64,000 nucleotides of DNA from Acidobacteriota bacterium (GTDB lineage Bacteria > Acidobacteriota > Thermoanaerobaculia > Gp7-AA8), in contig JAFATB010000006.1 of assembly GCA_019244185.1 (NCBI GenBank), positions 544,001 through 608,000 on the forward strand, read 5' to 3'. The translations under genes were made by a program, and so were the position numbers. The notes under the pieces were generated by a model, which saw nothing but the letters and a program-made list of their open reading frames with translations, did no database searches and was not told the DNA's origin. Below are positions 60,442 to 64,000 of the stretch, piece by piece. The stretch's first letter is position 1. Every line of letters starts with the position of its first letter.

Positions 60442-62600
60442 TTCAGCTCGTACGTGAATTTCTTGCCCGCGGCGTCGTAGTGCACGACCAGCCGGTGCGC
60501 GGCGCCGGGGAGGAAGCGCACGGCGGGAATCGTGTGCCGCTCCTGCACGCCCGCCGTCGGGACGCTGATCCAGATCTGCACGTCGGCGTTCTTCGACGGG
60601 AACGAATGCGTGACGCTGATCGCGCGCGGCACGCGCGTCTTGCGGCGGAGGATGCGCGTCTGCCGCTCCTCGAAGAGCGTCTCGTTCGCGACGACGTCGC
60701 CGCCGGCGCGCACGATGATCTGCCCGTCGGTGAACGGATGCGTGAAGACGGTCGTGAGCTGCGCGGGCTCGGTCGACACCGGGACGGCCGCGACGGGCGG
60801 CGCGGCGGACGCCGTCACCGCGGGGAGCGCGTGCGCCTGCTGCTGTTGCGCGCGGCGGGCGGCGCGCGCGTCGTCGATCTTCTGCTGTTCCTGCTGCGCG
60901 AGCCGCACGTATTCGGCCGCGGTCGGATCGGTCGGATTGATGGCCAGCGATTCCTGGAAGCGCGCGATCGCCTCCGGATACTTTTTCTGGCCGTAGAACG
61001 CCATCGCCTCGTCGAACTTCTGCTTCGCCTGCGCGAGCTGCTGCTTGCCGAGCTCCTCCTGCGTGCGGATGGCGTTGAGCTTCTCCATCATGCCGGTGGC
61101 GTACGGCGAGCGCGGCGCGAGGCGCGCGAGCTCGTCGAACTTCGCGTAGGCGTCGGTGACGCGTCCCTGCCGCAGCAGCGCGTTGCCGTCGCGGCGGAGC
61201 GCCTGCTCGCGCGCGACGCGCGCCGCGGCCGCGGCATCGACCGCCGGTACCGCCGCACGTTGCGCGCGCAGCGCCACGACCGCGCCCGCGAGCCCGACGA
61301 TGAGCAGCGCCACGATGGCGATGAACGCGATCGGCGGAATGCGCGTGCGCCACAGCGGCATCGCGCGCACGTTGGCGAGCGTCTTGTGCAGCTGCGGCGA
61401 GGCCGGCTGCGCGGCGGGCGCCGGAGTCTTCGTGCCCGTCTTCGCGGAGGCTGGAGCATTCGCGGCAGCGATCGCGCCGGTCGCCTTCGACAGCGGACGC
61501 GTGCTGCCGCCGACTTCCGCCGGTGGCGCATCCGCCTCGGGGAACGGCACTTCCATCGTCGGCACCCGATCGCCTGCCGCGCCGGGACTCGTGGATGGAT
61601 GCGCGACCGGGTGCGCCCCGCTCTGCCGCGCGAGATCCGCCGCGCGGTCCCGCGTCACGATCGTCTCCTCCGCCAGCATCGGATCGGAGACGCGCAGCGG
61701 CTTCTCGCCGCGGATCACCATGCGCAGCGCGCTGGCGACGTCGCGCGCGCGCTGGTAGCGCTTCGCCGGGTCTTTGGCGAGGCAGTTCGCGACCACTTCC
61801 TCGTAGCCGTCGGGGATCTGCGGATTGATCTCGTGCAGCGGCGGGAACGGCTCGTGGACGATCTTGTACGAGATCGACGTCAGCGAGTCGCCGCCGAACG
61901 GCTTGCGCCGCGTGAGGCATTCGTAGAGACAGATGCCGAGGGAGAAGATGTCCGTGCGGCCGTCGACGGGAGCGCCTTTGATCTGCTCGGGCGCCATGTA
62001 GTTCGGCGTGCCGAGGAACTGGCCGGTGGAAGTGAGGTTCGCGCCGCCGGAGGCGATCTTGGCGATGCCGAAGTCGGTGATTTTCGCGCGCGTGCCGTCG
62101 AGGAGGATCACGTTCGCGGGCTTCACGTCGCGGTGGACGATGCCTTTCGCGTGCGCGAAGTCGAGCGCGTCGGCGACCTGGGCGATGATGTCGCCCATCT
62201 GCTCGAAGCTGAGCGTGCGTCCCTGCGCGAGCGCTTCCTTGAGGTTGTGGCCCTCGACGTACTCCATCGCGATGAAGGAGATGCCGCTGGCCTCGTCCTG
62301 TCCGATGTCATGCACCGTGACGATGGACGGATGATTGAGGATGCCGGCCGCCTGCGCCTCGCGGATGAAGCGCTGCTGGAACTCCTTGGTCTCCTCGTCG
62401 TCGACGTGCGCGACGGCGCGGATGGTCTTGAGCGCGACGAGCCGGCCGATGAGCGGGTCTTTCGCGAGGTAGACCACTCCCATCGCGCCCTTGCCCAACT
62501 CGCGAACGACTTCGTAGCGCCCGAGCTTCAAGTGAGGCGGCTCTCCGGAGGCAGATCGCTCGCGGGCTCCGGGGTCAGTGGGAGTCCCATAAGCCGTCAA
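60438..62600 (-). CDS. Membrane Ser/Thr protein kinase with extracellular TPR-like region
   Basis: LGKGAMGVVY, VALK, HRDVKPAN, DFG, GTPNYMAPEQ; TM segment; TPR-like helices. Confidence 0.94.
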   Translation of the reverse strand: MTAYGTPTDPGARERSASGEPPHLKLGRYEVVRELGKGAMGVVYLAKDPLIGRLVALKTIRAVAHVDDEETKEFQQRFIREAQAAGILNHPSIVTVHDIGQDEASGISFIAMEYVEGHNLKEALAQGRTLSFEQMGDIIAQVADALDFAHAKGIVHRDVKPANVILLDGTRAKITDFGIAKIASGGANLTSTGQFLGTPNYMAPEQIKGAPVDGRTDIFSLGICLYECLTRRKPFGGDSLTSISYKIVHEPFPPLHEINPQIPDGYEEVVANCLAKDPAKRYQRARDVASALRMVIRGEKPLRVSDPMLAEETIVTRDRAADLARQSGAHPVAHPSTSPGAAGDRVPTMEVPFPEADAPPAEVGGSTRPLSKATGAIAAANAPASAKTGTKTPAPAAQPASPQLHKTLANVRAMPLWRTRIPPIAFIAIVALLIVGLAGAVVALRAQRAAVPAVDAAAAARVAREQALRRDGNALLRQGRVTDAYAKFDELARLAPRSPYATGMMEKLNAIRTQEELGKQQLAQAKQKFDEAMAFYGQKKYPEAIARFQESLAINPTDPTAAEYVRLAQQEQQKIDDARAARRAQQQQAHALPAVTASAAPPVAAVPVSTEPAQLTTVFTHPFTDGQIIVRAGGDVVANETLFEERQTRILRRKTRVPRAISVTHSFPSKNADVQIWISVPTAGVQERHTIPAVRFLPGAAHRLVVHYDAAGKKFTYELN

Positions 62601-62712
62601 TCATAACTCCTGTACCTGCAACGAACCCGCCTTCGCGACCGCCGCGCCGGGTGCGTCATTTTAGCTTTATGATGTCCGTCCTGTTTCGAAATCGCTTGAC
62701 GGAGTCGTGCTG

Positions 62713-64000
62713 ATGAAGGTCTATTCCGGATCGGACATTCGCAACGTCGCGGTAGTCGGACACAACGACACGGGCAAGACCACGCTCGTTTCCCAGCTCC
62801 TCTTCGATGCCGGCGCGCTCACGCGCCAGGGACGCGTGGAAGACGGCACGACCGTCACCGACTTCGATCCCGACGAGATCGAGCGCAAGCACTCCATCTC
62901 CGCCGCGCTCGCGTTCGCGGAGTGGAAAGACACGAAGATCAATCTCATCGACACGCCGGGCTTCGGCATCTTCGTCATGGAAGCGCGCGGGGCGCTGCGC
63001 GTCGCCGACGCGGCGGCGGTGGTCGTCAGCGGCGTGACGGGCGTCGAGGTGACGACCGAGAAGGTCTGGAAATTCGCCGAGGAGTACGCGCTGCCGCGCA
63101 TCCTCATCGTCAACAAGATGGACCGCGACCGCGCGTCCGCCGCGCGCACGCTCGAGGCGCTGCAGAAGAAGTTCGGCAAGAACGTCGTGCCCATCCAGCT
63201 GCCGATCGGCGAGGAGAAGGACTTCTCCGGCATCGTCGACCTCGTGGCGATGAAGGCCTACCGCTATCACGCCGACGGCTCCGGCAAGTTCGACGCCATC
63301 GACATTCCGGCGGAGCTCAAAGCCGACGCCGACGCGTGGCGCGAGCGGCTCATCGAGAAGGTCGCCGAGGGCGACGACACGCTGATGGAGCGCTTCTTCG
63401 AACAGGGCGGCCTGTCGCAGGAAGAGCTGCTCGACGGTCTGCGGCGCGAGGTCGCGCATCATCAGATCTATCCGGTGCTGTTCACGTCCGCCTCGCACAA
63501 CATGGGCGGCCACGCGGTGCTCGACGCGTTCGTGTCGATGCTGCCGTCGGCGGCGGAGGCGAAGACGATCGAGGGCAAGGACCGCAAGGGGGAGACGATC
63601 ACGTTCGACCGGCGCCCCGAGGCGTTCCCCGGCGCGCTCGTGTTCAAGACGTTCTCCGATCCGTTCTCCGGACGCGTGTCGCTGTTCCGCATCTATTCGG
63701 GCACGCTGCAGTCCGACCACGCGTACTGGAACACGGCCCGCGATCACGAGGAGCGGGTCGGCAAGCTGCAGGTGCTGCAGGGCAAGCAGCAGATCCCGGT
63801 GCCGGAGCTGCGCGCGGGCGACATCGGCGCGGTGGCGAAGCTCAAAGACACGTTCACCGGCGACACGCTCGCGGCCAAAGACCACGCCATCGTCTTCGAG
63901 CACATCCGCTATCCGGAGGCGGCGATCGCGTTCGCCGTCGAGCCGAAGGCGCGCGGCGACGAGGACAAGCTCGGCGCGGCCATCCACCGCATCATCGAAG
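62713..64000 (+). CDS. fusA: Elongation factor G-like protein (EF-G2 type), partial
   Basis: Manual translation MKVYSGSDIRNVAVVGHNDTGKTTL...DFDPDEIERKHSI...INLIDTPGF...NKMDR; frame is open to the window end. Confidence 0.9.
   Translation, partial: MKVYSGSDIRNVAVVGHNDTGKTTLVSQLLFDAGALTRQGRVEDGTTVTDFDPDEIERKHSISAALAFAEWKDTKINLIDTPGFGIFVMEARGALRVADAAAVVVSGVTGVEVTTEKVWKFAEEYALPRILIVNKMDRDRASAARTLEALQKKFGKNVVPIQLPIGEEKDFSGIVDLVAMKAYRYHADGSGKFDAIDIPAELKADADAWRERLIEKVAEGDDTLMERFFEQGGLSQEELLDGLRREVAHHQIYPVLFTSASHNMGGHAVLDAFVSMLPSAAEAKTIEGKDRKGETITFDRRPEAFPGALVFKTFSDPFSGRVSLFRIYSGTLQSDHAYWNTARDHEERVGKLQVLQGKQQIPVPELRAGDIGAVAKLKDTFTGDTLAAKDHAIVFEHIRYPEAAIAFAVEPKARGDEDKLGAAIHRIIE

Overview
High-GC bacterial window whose gene content (two TonB-dependent receptors, sulfatase-TPR lipoprotein, Ser/Thr kinase, heptamer-repeat elements) suggests Acidobacteriota; this placement is an inference. 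In order: a phosphate/polyphosphate block (TonB receptor, ppx, OlsF-like acyltransferase, metallophosphoesterase, ppk1); a potassium block (split kdpD, kdpE, porin, kdpFABC, KimA-like transporter) interrupted by a yefM-yoeB module and a 21-bp tandem repeat; a CheB/CheR-kinase/NarL signalling block; a subtilisin; a DUF4157 protein beside tRNA-Asn; pxpA and an MFS transporter; an ~8 kb peptide island; housekeeping genes (holA, dksA-like, rlmH, rsfS, nadD, obgE, rpmA, rplU); a second TonB receptor, sulfatase-TPR, carboxyltransferase beta, a shortened TldD/E-like pair, a Ser/Thr kinase and a partial EF-G paralogue. The best candidate for an undescribed system is 37599-45516 (minus strand). It holds four 40-aa precursor peptides missed by the ORF track, in two types that share the leader (L/V)MIEEMExxVAP. 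It also holds one fused RRE-like/M50 intramembrane protease/ThiF adenylyltransferase enzyme and a Yip1/MFP/permease exporter with no ATPase gene. Both precursor cassettes are enclosed by related long-range inverted repeats, and one helix differs only by G-U-compatible changes on the coding strand, which points to RNA-level processing of the precursor mRNA.
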